Assembly: GCA_951406725.2 (NCBI GenBank)
Contig: OX597816.1
Span: forward strand, 46,376,001 to 46,440,000
Length of the DNA stretch: 64,000 nt
Direction of reading: 5' to 3'
From: Octopus vulgaris
Taxonomy: Eukaryota
Both the position numbers and the translations under genes were made by a program. Below, piece by piece: positions 23,995 to 37,892 of the stretch; position 1 is the stretch's first letter; the number at the start of each line of letters is the position of its first letter. Below the pieces are notes generated by a model. The model saw only the letters and a program-made list of their open reading frames with translations. It was not told the origin of the DNA and searched no databases.

Positions 23995-24345
23995 TGCAAG
24001 TGCTAGCAGTCGAGAACACCGCATACCGGAAGCCAGCAAGTGTATGGGGTCATCAGGAGAGAATTCGCGCCGTTTTGGGGCCTACCTCTCGACGGCATCA
24101 ATGCGAACCGGCCCCTCTCACTGATATGTGACCCCGCTTGCTAGATCGACTGGTTATTAAATAAGCTCAGTATTCTTATAGCCATTGCTCATCGTCTGTT
24201 TTTAACCAAATCCAGTGACTAGCCTTCTCCACTGTAGTTTGGATATCGGTCATGGTGGTATTTACTTTACAATGAGTTAGGCCCAACGATAACAACAGTT
24301 GTCTCACACTGTGTCCAACAAACCCTCTACATCGGATACTATCTT
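23995..24345 (-). pseudogene. 3' end of a HERO/NeSL-like (restriction-like endonuclease) LINE with structured 3' UTR
   Basis: CRGFVGHSVRQLLLSLG...VEKASHWIWLKTDDEQW* resembles the EVGCRGF...AEKASxWLWLKR C-terminus of HERO-clade ORFs (recalled, not searched). Confidence 0.7.
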
Positions 24346-24537
24346 TCACTCCAAACAATTCCTTTCCTGTATCGTAAATTGAGCTTGTTAACTTTCCCAG
24401 TTTCTCCACTGTAGAGCCTGTCATTTTATAAAGAGCTCGACATACCTTGTTTTCAAACTCTTTATATTTTCCTTTCTCATTAGCAGCAGGCTACAAAACC
24501 CTCGGTTTCCTCCGAGTGCTATCTGATGCACCAGTTG

Positions 24538-24599
<62 letters not shown>

Positions 24600-24630
24600 T
24601 GTATGTATGTATGTATGTATGATGTATGTA

Positions 24631-24696
<66 letters not shown>

Positions 24697-25305
24697 CAGC
24701 CTTCCCTGAAAAAAAATTATTGTTAAATGTTCCCACATTTCTTGTTCATAACACACGCATCCGGCTTAATCATAACAATCTCATAACACGACTAACACAT
24801 CGCGAGCGATCTTTATATCCTGCGTTTCTTTTTGCAACTATCATCGTAACACAGTAACATAGCATGAAAAATCTAGTTTACTAGAGTGAATTCTAAAGAC
24901 GGTTTTATATCATGTACACATTCATGAAAACAAAAAAAAAAACCTATTTATCGCCAATGAAGAAACATTTTAAGTAATAAAAATGCTGCATAGAATTCGA
25001 AAACTATCCGGTTTTATAAGCTATAAATTACGATATATAAATGATTTTAAATGTTGACTCCGTTCATTGTTAGAAATGAAAAAGTAGATAAATTCTATAC
25101 AGAATGATCAAAAAGTGAGTGACATTGACAATTTAAATCGTATACCACCACCAACCACACTTTTTTCCCCACAATGTATCTATATATTTTCTAACACTGT
25201 CAAATGTTAAAAACGTTGATAAATCGTACTTTATTGAAAATTGATTGAATGTATTTATGTAAATACTTCTTTAATTTACTCCACAGATCTCCTACATATT
25301 CGAAT

Positions 25306-25336
<31 letters not shown>

Positions 25337-25477
25337 AGTAAAACACCTATTTTCTTCCTTCCTTTCTTTCTTTATTTGATAAAATATACATTTTTCAAAT
25401 TTCTAGTTTAGTGATATCTACGTAGAGAAAGAATGTTGTAAAACAGTATCATATATATATATGAAACAAGTTAATTT

Positions 25478-25870
25478 ATTACTCTTTTACATGTGTCAGT
25501 CATTTGACTGCGGCCATACTGGAGCACTGCCTTTTAGTAGAGTGTATCGATACCCCCGCACACCTGGACTTATTCTTTGTTAGCTTAGTACTTATTCTGT
25601 CGGTCTCTTTTACCGAACCGCTAAGTTACGGGGACGTAAACACATCAACATCGGTTGTCAAGCGATGATTGGAGAACAAACATATATATGCTTCTTTTGG
25701 TTTCCGAATTCAGTTTCCGACGGGCTTCTTTCAGTTTCCGTCTACCAAATCCACTCACAAGGCTTTGGTTGGCTCGAGGCTATAGTAGAAGACACTTGTC
25801 CAATGTGCCACACAGTGGGACTGAACCCGGAACCATGTAGTTGGGAAGCAAGCTTCTTATCACACAGCCG
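25478..25870 (-). mobile_element. SINE family A
   Basis: Family-A tail, body and head in reverse orientation. Confidence 0.85.
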
Positions 25871-26009
25871 TTTATTTTTTACAAAATATAATATACCTGA
25901 TTAGGTACAATAAACTCAATATAACTATGAAGTACCCAGAACTACTGACGGGAAAAAATCAAATTAAGTCAATTAGATATAAAGAAAGTTTAAAAAAGAT
26001 TATTCTTTT

Positions 26010-26640
26010 ACTATTTGACTTGTTTCAGTCAGTCATTGGACTGCGACCATGCGGGGACAATGTCTTGTAGGATCCGGTCGATCGAACCAACCATAATATT
26101 TAAGTCTGATATATATTCTAGTGGGTACTTTTTTTGCCGAACCGCCAGGTTATGATGACAGAACAAGCCAACACATATACAAAAAAGATGTACACGCGCG
26201 CGCGCACGGACGCACACTCGCTCGCTGACTTGTTCATTCACTCACTCACTCACTCTCTCCTCACTCGCTCACTCTCCTCACTCACTCGCTCGCTCACTCA
26301 CTCACACACTCACTCGCTCGCTCACTCACTCACACACTCACTCGCTCACTCATTCGCTTACTCACTCACTCACTCACTCACTCACTCTCCTCACTCTCCT
26401 CACTCACTCGCTCACTCTCTCCTCGATCACTCTCACTCGCTCGCTCACTCTCTCACTCACTCACTCACTCACTCACTCGCTCACTCAATCACTCATTTGC
26501 AACAAGTTTCCACTCACTTTCCGTCATTCACAAAGCATTAGTATGCCCTGCGCTTCACTAGAAGATATTTACCCAAGGTTTCGTGCAGTGGGCCTGAACC
26601 CGAAACTAGTGGTTGTGAAACCAACTTCTAAACCCCCAAC
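26010..26640 (-). mobile_element. Degraded SINE family A with an expanded (CACT/CGCT)n tract (26215-26495)
   Basis: ACTTGTTTCAGTC...GCGACCATGC, GCCGAACCGC and GCAGTGGGCCTGAACCCG flank the tetranucleotide array. Confidence 0.65.
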
Positions 26641-27232
26641 ATCCCGGCCTGCATCTCTCTACCTTTTAATTCAAGAATTTTTATATTTTTAATAAGCCGG
26701 ATGAGCTTGGAAACTACTTAAGATAGAATCAATATCAAGATGAACTTCTGTGAGGTTATGCCTTAGGTCACCACGTTCGTTGATGTTAAGTGTGTCTTTT
26801 CGTTTACTTAACATTGTATTTATCTCGTAACATTCAGTCTTGGTCATATAGGAACTTGCAAATGAAAATGAATAACGTGTCAGCAGACTTTAATACCTAG
26901 CTATTTGGTTGTAGTGTTTTCATTGCTTCAGGAATCGCTAAAGTCTTCATTTTTGAACAATGCTTTTGCCTCGTTTGTTTCAATCAATTCCTCTAATAAA
27001 TCAGTTTCAATATCTGTATTTGCTACATCAACATAGAATAGAGAGACAATTAATTAGTTTTTCCTGCAAGTTACATTCCTATATCACCGAATCTCTATTC
27101 TCTATTCAGATATCAATCTAGAATATATTCTCAAGATGTTCAGAACGTATTTTAACGGTTTCCTTTAAGTTTTCAAGACGGACTGTAATGATAAGAATGT
27201 TAGATTTATATAAACCAATCTTTTCTTGAAAA

Positions 27233-28030
27233 TCTCTCTATATATAAACGGCAGTTTGTCTGTCTGTGTGTCTGTCAGTTTGTACCCTCACCCTGACCAC
27301 GGCTTTCAACAAATTCTGATGAAACTTGACACACACATAGCCCAATGTCATAATTCAAAACTAACGCAGCGAAAATTTTGAAAAGTTCCCCCAGTTCTGA
27401 AAAAAAATCGATAAATTCGACATGGGTCGAGAATCTAAGCTTTTTATATGCAACACATATTCTACAGACAGTCTAGGGGGCGCAACTCGACCTTTTTAAC
27501 TCTCGGAACACGTGGGGTAAGTATCCCAAAATGTATAAAAATGTACAAAAACGGCAAAAAAGCGGGCAGCAATGTGAGTGACAACAACGAAAAGGTCAAA
27601 AGTGACCAAACTGAACAAACGAATGAAAAAGGTTTTTTGGTGCACACGACAAAAGCGGTTTATAATAAACCAAGAGTTTGCAAGTAGCGTCCGAGGACCG
27701 TTAGGGTACGTCAAAAACTTAAGGTAAAACGTTTGGGATGGTAGTTATAAAGAAAGTGTAAACAAAAAAAGATTCGAATAACTTGAGGCTGCAGCAGCTA
27801 TTAGCAGAAGTGGCGGTGTTGGGGGTAAAGTCTCGAATGTAATTTCTTCCTGTTAGGAATTGGTTGGGTTGAATTATCGATAGCTGTTTGATAGTTATTT
27901 GGGAGTGAAGAGAAGAAATTGCAACCTACACATGCGCCTTCGTTCCCTAGAGGGAAAGGACTAGATTGGGATTAGTCGTTGCCTACTAGGGGCTCTTACA
28001 TACCCGGGCAACGCCGGGCTATGCTGCTAG
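27233..28030 (+). mobile_element. Non-autonomous Helitron (~800 bp)
   Basis: 5' A|TCTCTCTATATATAAA start, subterminal GTCT repeats, 3' hairpin CCCGG-GCAACG-CCGGG (28003-28018), then CTAG|T end. No TSD; inserted between A and T. Confidence 0.88.
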
Positions 28031-28432
28031 TCTAAAATACTACTTCAAACTTGAATTACGATAGTGAAATTATTCCTTTTGGAGTATGAATGGTAAAACT
28101 CGAAGCTGATAAAGCTATAATTAATAGCATTCAAATGTGGGTTTAAAAACTAATTCAGGACAGAAAGGGTCGAAGCTGATCGGAGACGGTGTGAGAAAAT
28201 GGTTAAGCAGTAGTTAATTTAGATAAGATACGAAATAGAAAGTGAATTGGAGGAATGAAAAAAAAATATATATATATATTTGAAAAAAATGAATACAAAT
28301 GACTATTCTGATAATCTTTCCACTTTAATAATTAGGCGTTTGGAAAAATTATTAGAAAAGCCATTTTGTAATAATTTTTTCAAATATATAATACTGTACC
28401 AAGGACGCTATATATATATATATATATATATA

Positions 28433-28637
28433 TGATCTCTTGAGCACCACCAGCAAAAATATTTTTTTCCTCTGTCTTCCCTTCTCGGGATCTTTCCTTC
28501 TTCTTGTTTCCGACGAAGAGCTCCGCTCGAAACGTTAAACCCTTCTTCCCTTCTTTCCTGAGCGTCAAATAATACTTTAATTGTTCCACGTCCTCGCGTT
28601 GCTGTGTTTTTTTCTGTGTTTTCTTGTTTGGATTAAC
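28433..28637 (+). mobile_element. Penelope-like terminal-repeat fragment with minimal hammerhead (28506-28540), in (TA)n
   Basis: GTTT-CCGACGA-A-GAGC TCC GCTC-GAAAC-GTT-AAAC. Downstream TTCCTGAGCGTCAAATAATAC resembles 10480-10505. Confidence 0.7.
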
Positions 28638-28697
28638 TATATATATATATATATAAAATGGTAAATATGGTAAATAGAAAAATTATATATATACAGA

Positions 28698-28760
<63 letters not shown>

Positions 28761-29198
28761 TGTGTATAAGAACTCACTGTGTGTATTTGAGGCGTGGCGA
28801 AGAAAGACTGTTCCCTCCACACACCACCTATCTTTATCTGTGCAGAATAAATTATTCAGAATGAGATTTCTGTGCCACAGACGCCCAGCAGATTTAGTGA
28901 CGAGACGCAAAGTTTTTTTCGTTCGGCAGCTCGGCACCGTATCTATCCTAAGTGCTGCTAACTCTATATTTAGACGACACCACCTGTTATTAAACCACCA
29001 TCATACCTGACGCCCCCACAAAAAATTTTTAATTCATCGCATAAAAGTGTTTCTTTCAACAAATATGGAATCTCGTTCAGTTGGTAGCAAAAGGTCACGA
29101 ATTATATAAATATATTACTGTCAGGTAAAGACCTGGTTATTGTCTTTATTCTTTCCTGTTTTATAGCCATCTCTCCTGTTTGTCTATCTGCTGCTGCT

Positions 29199-29271
<73 letters not shown>

Positions 29272-29355
29272 GGATGTGTATGTATATGTATATATATATA
29301 TATACACATACATTTGCGTGCATGTTTGTACGTATTTATGTATGCATGTATATAG

Positions 29356-29413
<58 letters not shown>

Positions 29414-30296
29414 TGTACACACACGCGCACACACACACATACACAGTGAGAGAGAAGTGTTTCTGTTTATTCAATACATTCTTACATGTGTTTCATTGTG
29501 GAAAATGGTACCAAGTATCATCTGTATGGCAATAAGTAGCCTTCTGCCCTCTATACCAACGTATTTAGATAAGTTCTTGGACACTAATCTTTACAGGAAT
29601 TTTAAGGTTAATTTTTTAATTGTTATACAATCTCTGATGATTTGATAATGTAATATGATTATACGGTAATACTTTGCGTATCAGACATTTTCATTAACTA
29701 AAATAAACACGATTAAGAATGTATTGAATAAGTAGTAATACCTCTACTTCTGTTTGTTTTTTTTTTGTTTTCATATATATACATTGTGTTCTGAATAGCT
29801 ATCGTATGTGTGCGCGGGAGTGTGTGTGTACACATGTATATATATATATAAAGAAAGAAAGAGAAGGGATGTAAGAGAGAAAAGGTGGAGAAAGATATGC
29901 TTTCTATGCACACCTTAAATCATCGAAGATAAATGCATTGATCACGAGAGAACTCTATTAGAAATTCAAGACAAATCATCTTAGTTTTGCTTGTCTGCAA
30001 AGATCTTCATGAAAAATGGGAAAGATAATCGATGAAACACGAAAATATCATAATAAACAGATCTTTGTGTTGTTCGTGCTTGTGTATGCGAACTCGCGTG
30101 CGTATATATTGTGTATGGAAGAATTGTTAAGGACCTCACTTCCCAATGATGAGGGCCCCGAGATGGATCTCACTTTGTGGTACCTTTGGTGCGAGCCTTA
30201 AGGACGAAACTCAATAGATAGGAAATATGTGGAAGCGGGACCAGACTTGTCGTACAATGTCACGCTAATTCTGACTGTAAATATATCAGGACATAT

Positions 30297-30719
30297 ACTC
30301 TCTTTACTCTTTTTACTCTTTTACTTGTTTCAGTCATTTGACTGCGGCCATGCTGGAGCACCGCCTTTAGTCGAGCAAATCAACCCCGGGACTTATTCTT
30401 TGTAAGCCCAGTACTTATTCTATCGGTCTCTTTTTGCCGAACCGCTAAGTGACGGGGACGTAAACACACCAGTATCGGTTGTCAAGCAATGCTAGGGGGA
30501 CACAGACACACAAACATATATATATATATATATATATATATTTTATACATATATACGACAGGCTTCTTTCAGTTTCCGTCTACCAAATCCACTCACAAGG
30601 CATTGGTCGGCCCGGGGCTATAGCAGAAGACACTTGCCCAAGATGCCACGCAGTGGGACTGAACCCGGAACCATGTGGTTGGTCAGCAAGCTACTTACCA
30701 CACAGCCACTCCTGCGCCT
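30297..30719 (-). mobile_element. SINE family A, full length
   Basis: TACTCTTT tail repeats through ACTCCTGCGCC. Confidence 0.92.
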
Positions 30720-30849
30720 ATATATCTGTGGGATACTCAACTAGTTGTATGCCAATTCAATGAGTAGATAGTTCAGTTGATTGAACAACTGAATACTCAA
30801 CGTCGAAACCGATGGATGCCCATTTACACTTACACACACATTTAGGCAT

Positions 30850-31255
30850 ATGTGGTGTATGCATGTATACTCTCGTCTATTTTTAATTATTTGAAATCTT
30901 CCCTTGGGGAAGGACCTGGTTTCTAACAAAGATACGAAGCCACATCATTGAAATACAGGTAATAAAAACACTCTTTTATTCTTTTACTTGTTTCAGTCTT
31001 TTGACTGCGGCCATGCTGGAACACTGCCTTTTTGTCAAAGAAATCGGCCACATTACTTATTCTTTGTAAGCCTAGTACTTATTCTATCGGTCTCTTTTGC
31101 CGAACCGCTCATATTCACATTCTTAACTTGAGAAAAGTCTTACACATTTTTAACCGTTCCGCTTACAGATTATATTTGTTATATGCAAGTTTTCTGGTTG
31201 ATTTCTTTTACTGAAAGCCCTAGGTTTTCTAGATTCTCACTTAGGCATTTTCTCA
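30850..31255 (-). pseudogene. 3' end of an R4/Dong-like LINE (second copy), interrupted by a SINE-A fragment at ~30970-31108
   Basis: 31113-31250 is a diverged reverse complement of 44865-45002. 30850-30960 resembles the 3' UTR module at 45030-45110. Confidence 0.65.
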
Positions 31256-31693
31256 CGAAAACAAGTGTACCAATTATTAGTAGTATAAATGTGAATTTAT
31301 AATGAATGTATGAATGTTTGCATGTATGTATGAGACTGTAACGTCAATTGTTCTATTCTATCATAAGATTGTTATTCGTGAATTTCTTCAAAAGTGAAAT
31401 AGTTATGTGATTGGGAATGGCGGGGATGATCGTGGCGGAGGCGTAGTAAGTGGGTTAGGTTAATTATATGTATTATACAGGCACATAAATACATGCACAC
31501 GCACATACGCAGTCACACACACACAGACACACACGCACACACAAGTATACACACTCACATAGACAAATGTATGTATGCATGTACGTATACAGGTATGTAT
31601 ATATATGCATGTATGTATTTAGTTCACCATACGTTTAAATGTATTTATATATATACATGTTACGTGTAATTATAAATATATATATGTATGTGA

Positions 31694-31756
<63 letters not shown>

Positions 31757-31758
<2 letters not shown>

Positions 31759-32003
31759 GGCGGCGAACTGGCAGAAACGTAGCCGTATTTCGTCTGCCGT
31801 TACGTTCTGGGTTCAAATTCTGCCGAGGTCGACTTTGCCTTTCATCCTTTCGGGGTCGATAAATTAAGTACCAGTTACGCACTGAGGTCGATGTAATCGA
31901 CTTAATCCGTTTGTCTGTCCTTGTTTGTCCCCTTGCTTGTCTGCCAAGATCTTCATGAAAAATGGGATAGATAATCGATGAAACACGATTGTGGGTAGTA
32001 AAG

Positions 32004-32008
<5 letters not shown>
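31757..32008 (+). mobile_element. Young SINE family B carrying a 56-bp captured local segment
   Basis: Family-B head to GTGGGTAGTAAAGAAATA tail. 31933-31988 matches 29987-30042. Confidence 0.9.
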
Positions 32009-32058
<50 letters not shown>

Positions 32059-32194
32059 TATATATATATGTAGATATATATATATAGAGAGATTTATATC
32101 TATATACATATATATGTATATATATACATATGTATATGCATGATGCGTGTAATTATATTTATATCTATATACATATATATATGCATGATGCGTG

Positions 32195-32262
<68 letters not shown>

Positions 32263-32380
32263 GAGTGATTCAGATGAATATGGTACTTAAGTTGAGGCAC
32301 CAGAATTTAGTACGGTATTATCCATACAATTAAATGTCGCATGAAACGATCGTACTACATTATCTCTGTATATCCTTGTT

Positions 32381-32425
<45 letters not shown>

Positions 32426-33658
32426 TCACATACATTTATATACATACACATGTACACAGATGCACGTATCTATGAGTTTGTGTACTTATATGTAAGTATG
32501 TGTGTGTATATATCTACAGGAAATATAGTATTTGATGTGTGCGCGCGCGCGTGCACACAAAAACGCAGACATCGATAGACTGATACACGCCCATTCTCTC
32601 ACATACATAATTCAACATTCATTCAAATAATAGTTGTCCTCCTTTTGCAGGTACAGTGCTCACTCGAGAACAAAGGACCATATGTTAGATACTTGGTGGG
32701 AAAAAAAGTTGACATTCACCTACTTAACTAACGAGAAGAAAAACCAAATAATCATTTTCTCCTTTGCTTGTTATTGTCATAGCTGTTGTACAAACCTATA
32801 AAGTGTTTTTTTTCGTCAATCCCACGCTTGTTTGCGTCCGTCTTGTTCGATGTCTTCTGCAACTAGCAACATGTAGAAACTACCCAATGAGGAAATTTCT
32901 ACTTGGTTGCTGCAAGGCAACTAAAGTTGAAGTAAATTATACTTTCTAGGTTTTTAAAAAAAAAATCTTTTACCAAGAACAAAGCAATTCGTGGGGAGGA
33001 ACAGTTGGGCAATGAACGTCGTACAGGAGGTAGGGATAAGTTCTCTCGCGAGTAAGATAAAATGGTCGCTTTCAATAAAGCTCCAATTGTTTAAGTTATG
33101 GGAAATAAAGTGCTACAGGTCATATGACAATATTGTCGTCTCTTTCTCTTATATTTATTTCATTCAAATAAACAAACATTCAATTTCTACAAAATTAATG
33201 ATTTAAGAATTGTTGTTCAATGGAGATTCTGAGTGAGAAATATAAAGTAGATTCTGTTCTTTTATTCGGATGAAAATGTATATGAAGTGGTTTTCAAAGA
33301 AATCAGAATTTATAACACGAATTCATGGAATAAATGTTTCTAACATAGGCAAAAACTTCGACTTTTTGCTATAAGATATTTTTAAAGAATCTACTATAAT
33401 TCACTTTGGGTAAATGTACTTCTACTACAACCCTCGGGAAGACCAATGCCGTGTAGTGAATTTGGGTAACAAGAACTCTGTGTGTGTATGTGCGTGTGTG
33501 TTTGTGTGTGTGTGTCTGTGTCTGTGTGTATGTGTGTGTGTGTGTGCGTGCGTGCGCGTGTATGACTGTGTCAAACTTAGTGCAAATCAATCAATGGTGT
33601 GTTTATAGTCTGCTACAGATCTACAATAAGTATTTCTTCAAATTACCTACATACTTGC

Positions 33659-33720
<62 letters not shown>

Positions 33721-34075
33721 CACACCAAAGTATACAAACACTGAGAGATAATAGACAGATATATTTGCTTACACTCATCACGTAGAGTTAACAAAGAGAG
33801 ATATCTTTTCTATTATGTGGTATCTGGTATCTGGTTTACTATACTGTAAGCAACATGGTACTGTCTACACTAGATTATTAAAGTAAAACTATCCCCATTG
33901 TATTGTGGAGAATAAAGGACAACCTGGACATTATTTTAATGAATTTGCTTTTGTTTCCTACACCATAGTGTCTGTGTTTAAGTTTACAGTGATATAACTT
34001 CATAAATGAAGTGAGTGAAGTTTAGATTTCATTTTGAAATCCAAGTCGTATATTTAGATATTCTAACTTAATTCG

Positions 34076-34127
<52 letters not shown>

Positions 34128-34129
<2 letters not shown>

Positions 34130-34540
34130 TTTTACTCTCTTTTTTACTCTTTTACTTGTTTCAGTCATTTGACTGCGGCCATGCTGAATCACCGCCTTTA
34201 GTCGTGCAAATCGACCCCATGACTTATTCTTTGTAAGCCTAGTACTTATTCTATCGGTCTTTTTTGCCGAACCGCTAAGTTACGGGGACATGAACACACC
34301 AGCATCGGTAGTCAAGCGATGTTGAGAGGACAAACACAGACACACAAACGCACACACATGTATATATATACATATACACGACAGGCTTCTTTCAGTTTCC
34401 GTCTACCAAATCCACTCACAAGGCTTTGGTCGGCCCGAGGCTATAGTAGAAGACACTTGCCCAAGGTGCCACGCAGTGGGACTGAACCCGAACCATGTGG
34501 CTGGTAAGCAAGCTACTTACCACACAGCCACTCCTGCGCC
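34128..34540 (-). mobile_element. SINE family A, full length
   Basis: Same family motifs as the other copies. Confidence 0.92.
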
Positions 34541-34609
34541 TACATACATACATACATACATACATACGTACGTACGTACGTACGTACGTACGTGTGTGTG
34601 TGTGTGTGT

Positions 34610-35502
34610 GTCACTGATGGGTTTCAATTTTTAATAATTTCCTTGACTTTACAAATAAATGCATGAAATTTTGATACAATATAAAAGACTCTATGGAAAT
34701 TAATATGCACAAGGACGTGCTCCAACATGGCCACAGTCAAATCACTGAAACAAGTCAGAGTGTAAAAGAGTAAAGTCAAATTTTGAAACACCATTACATA
34801 ACATGAAAAATGACAGCGTTTAAATGGCTGCCATTTTAGGCTTCGCACGTCCGTGCTCTTTCCAAGACTTGCACCATTACTCCCTCAAGAGTTTCAGACC
34901 CCACTTCACTGATTTCTTTATTGATAGTCTCCTTTAGTTGCACCAAGATCTCCGGTTTGTTGACGTAAACCCTCTCTTTCAGGTATCCCCACAAAAAATC
35001 CAGGCTAGTCAAGTCTGGAGAACGTGTAAGCCAGTTGACATAGCAGGGGGTTATTCTCTCTCCAAAGCACTTCCGTGGCAACTGCATTGTTTCTCTTATG
35101 GTATGAGCAGTTGCTCCATCTTGCTGGAACCATGGTGTGAGGTCTACTTTGAATGGCCTTCACATTCCTCAGACTTGACTAGCCCGGAACTTTTTCTTGT
35201 GGGGAGAGACTCTGGTGCAATTGAAGGAGAACATCAATAGAGAAATCAGAGAAGTGGGGTCTGAAACGCTTGGGGTGTTGTGGTGCAAGTTTTGGAAAGA
35301 TCACGGATGTGCAAAGCTGAAAAGGGCTGCCATTTAAACAATGTCATTTTTCATGTGTGATGTTATAGTGTTGCAAAATTTGACTTGTGCATGATAATTT
35401 CCATAGTGTCTTTTATATTGTGTCAAAATTTCATGCATTTATTTGTAAAGTTAAGGAAGTTATTAAAAATTGAAACCCACCAGTGACTTTTGAGACACCC
35501 TG
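34610..35502. mobile_element. Palindromic Tc1/mariner derivative built from two inverted transposase 3' ends
   Basis: Minus strand reads WFQQDGATAHT and WLTRSPDLTSLDFLWGYLKERVY; plus strand reads WPSHSSDLTSPELFL. 34610-34945 is the reverse complement of ~35214-35487. The right end is GAGACACCCTG|TA (CAGGGTG-type TIR). Confidence 0.85.
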
Positions 35503-35629
35503 TATGTGTGTGTGTGTGTGTGTAGACACAGACGGGCGGACAGACAGATAGACAGATAGATAGATAGATAGATAGATAGATGGATGGATGGATGGATGGA
35601 TGGATGGATGGATGGATATACATACATAT

Positions 35630-36895
35630 TGTTACGGTTGGCTAAGTGCATTTCGGGTTTAATTAGTGTAGTGTTTCTGGTGACCCACATTGGAATTATG
35701 GTTCCGGCATGTCTAGTAGAAAAGTGACAGTCTTTTGTCTAATGGAGGACTAATGGGTTTTGGAATGACCTGTGACCTCGTGCGGCTGAGAAGAGGGTCA
35801 GGAGAATGTGAAAGAAAAGGGACAGATTAAGGGCTGAGAGCAAATAGAGATAGAGTATAAGCAGTAAGGGACGGATGGAGAGGCTAAGAGTATGGCAGGC
35901 GATAGCGATAGAGTAAGAGTAGAGGGCAAATAGAAAGGATAAGCAGTAAGGGACAGATAGAGAGACTAAGGGATTGAGGCGATATAGATAGAGTAAGGAA
36001 TCAGAGAGCAGTTAGAAAGGGTAGGAGCGATATAGACAGAGGGAGATGAGGGAGTGGAAGTCAGGACAAGGAAGTGAGGTTCTGGGCAGTCGTTGAGCGG
36101 TCGTCGAAGAACACAGACGGACTCTGGAGGTCAGAGCGAGTGGATGGAACCTTGGATTTAAGGAGCAAGCGTTGGAATTCCTGGGAGCGAGCTGGGATGC
36201 GAGGAGGCCTAGGAGCAAGCGATTGGAATATGCACAGAGGGGAATTAGCAGAGTATTCAGAGGATTTAGCAGGATTGAGAGGAATGGGACACTGGCAGAT
36301 TCAATTAAGGTATTTAATTGTATTGATTGTGTATTGATATGTGTCACGAGGTAAAGAGACTGTAAAAGAAAAGAAAGAGAAAAGAAGAGAGAAAAAGAAG
36401 GACTCTGTCGATGTAGTCGATAAAGAACATTGTGAATTGAGTAAAGGACTTGTTGAATTGTAACGTGAATTGTTGTGATACGAACATTGTATAATGTATC
36501 GAAGTGTTCTGATTGGACTGTGACGTATCGTGAACATTATTTGATCTGGACTTGTTGTGTCGTTACTGAACACTGTTATATTGTTACATGATGTTGTATT
36601 ATGCGTTGATCTGTTGTATTATGTATTGAGTAGTCACGTGCATGCTTTGATGTATTTGATGTGTAGCAATTAATTGTCGTATAAACTGTTGTTTGAATAT
36701 AAGCCAGTGTTGCCAGTTGTTGCCTTGCCTCTTTGGGTTGTATCTCGGGTTGTGCCTCTGTATCTCTGTGCTGTTGAGGTTGTGGCAGTATCTATCTGTA
36801 TCTCCTCTCTCCGCCTCTTTGGGTTCCGTGGCGGAACTTGAGTGTGAGCCGTTCGGGACGAGCGACGACGGGCGATTCCAGTCCGTTCCGTAACA
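35630..36895. mobile_element. Solo LTR (1266 bp), probably Gypsy-type
   Basis: Termini TGTTACGG ... CCGTAACA (8-bp inverted, TG..CA). 4-bp TSD ATAT at 35626-35629 and 36896-36899. Composition differs from the flanks. Confidence 0.8.
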
Positions 36896-37892
36896 ATATA
36901 TTTATATATGTATGTATGTATGTATGTAATCTTTATACAGACAGGCATATGTAGAAAATTAAAGGTGACTAATGTGAGGTAAATGCCGTTGAATTTGAAT
37001 TGAGATTATTGATAGATAAACGGGTGCAAGGAAAATATAGAAATATTGGTAGGTACGGAGAAAGAGAAACAGAAACAGAGAAAGGGAAAGAGAAACAAAA
37101 ATGATGGACCTAGGGTTAAAGGCATTCTAATGATGATTGTCCCATTTAATTTTTGCTGAAAATATACCTGTACAATTTGTCCTTAGGAGGTTTTGTATTG
37201 GAACAGTTCATGCAAACATTTGTAATGAAATATTTTGCTTTTAGCTAACAGTTAAAGAATACAAAAATGTTTGCGGATAGAACTAGATGTGTTTAAAACA
37301 AGACGTTTTCTGCTGCATCTGTTGTTATTTCTGGCTACGGTATCCATGAAATTTAGAGACATTGACAGGACAAGAAACCAACAAGCTAAGAAGATAAAAA
37401 TATAATACACCAGAGACACAGTTCGTATACTTACAAAGTGATTATTTTATCACAACATTGTCAAGTACGATGCAGACCATACTTCGCTGGTGAGGTCAAA
37501 ATAAGATAGAAACATGTACGTAGTTGTCTTCCGTAGTTTCTGAAAATTTGTAAGTAATATTTAGAATTGTTTGCCACATGACTTGATCTTGGATTTATTG
37601 TTGAAATCGAAAGAACAAAAATGAGGAAGAAAATCAGTGAAAATAATTACTAAGGTTTTATCATATGTATCTTAACGCATACGTTTCATAAAACGCATGC
37701 CGTGAGTTCAGCTCTAAAATGCATTAAATACCGTGTCATAAAAGCAGAATGATGCCTGCCTTTTAGTCAGTGTCATATCAGTCATTACAGTCAAGCGTGT
37801 ATACATATCTGTTACAATGTTTGCTGTGATGATTGAGTTAATTTTTCAAGATATGTCTCATTTCATGTGTGTGTTTAAAACTCTAATAATAA

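Noticed and set aside
30182-30224. Hammerhead-like GAGCCTTAAGGACGAAAC
   Set aside because: There is no CUGANGA box and no proper NUH or stem I; possibly a decayed copy but unsupported.
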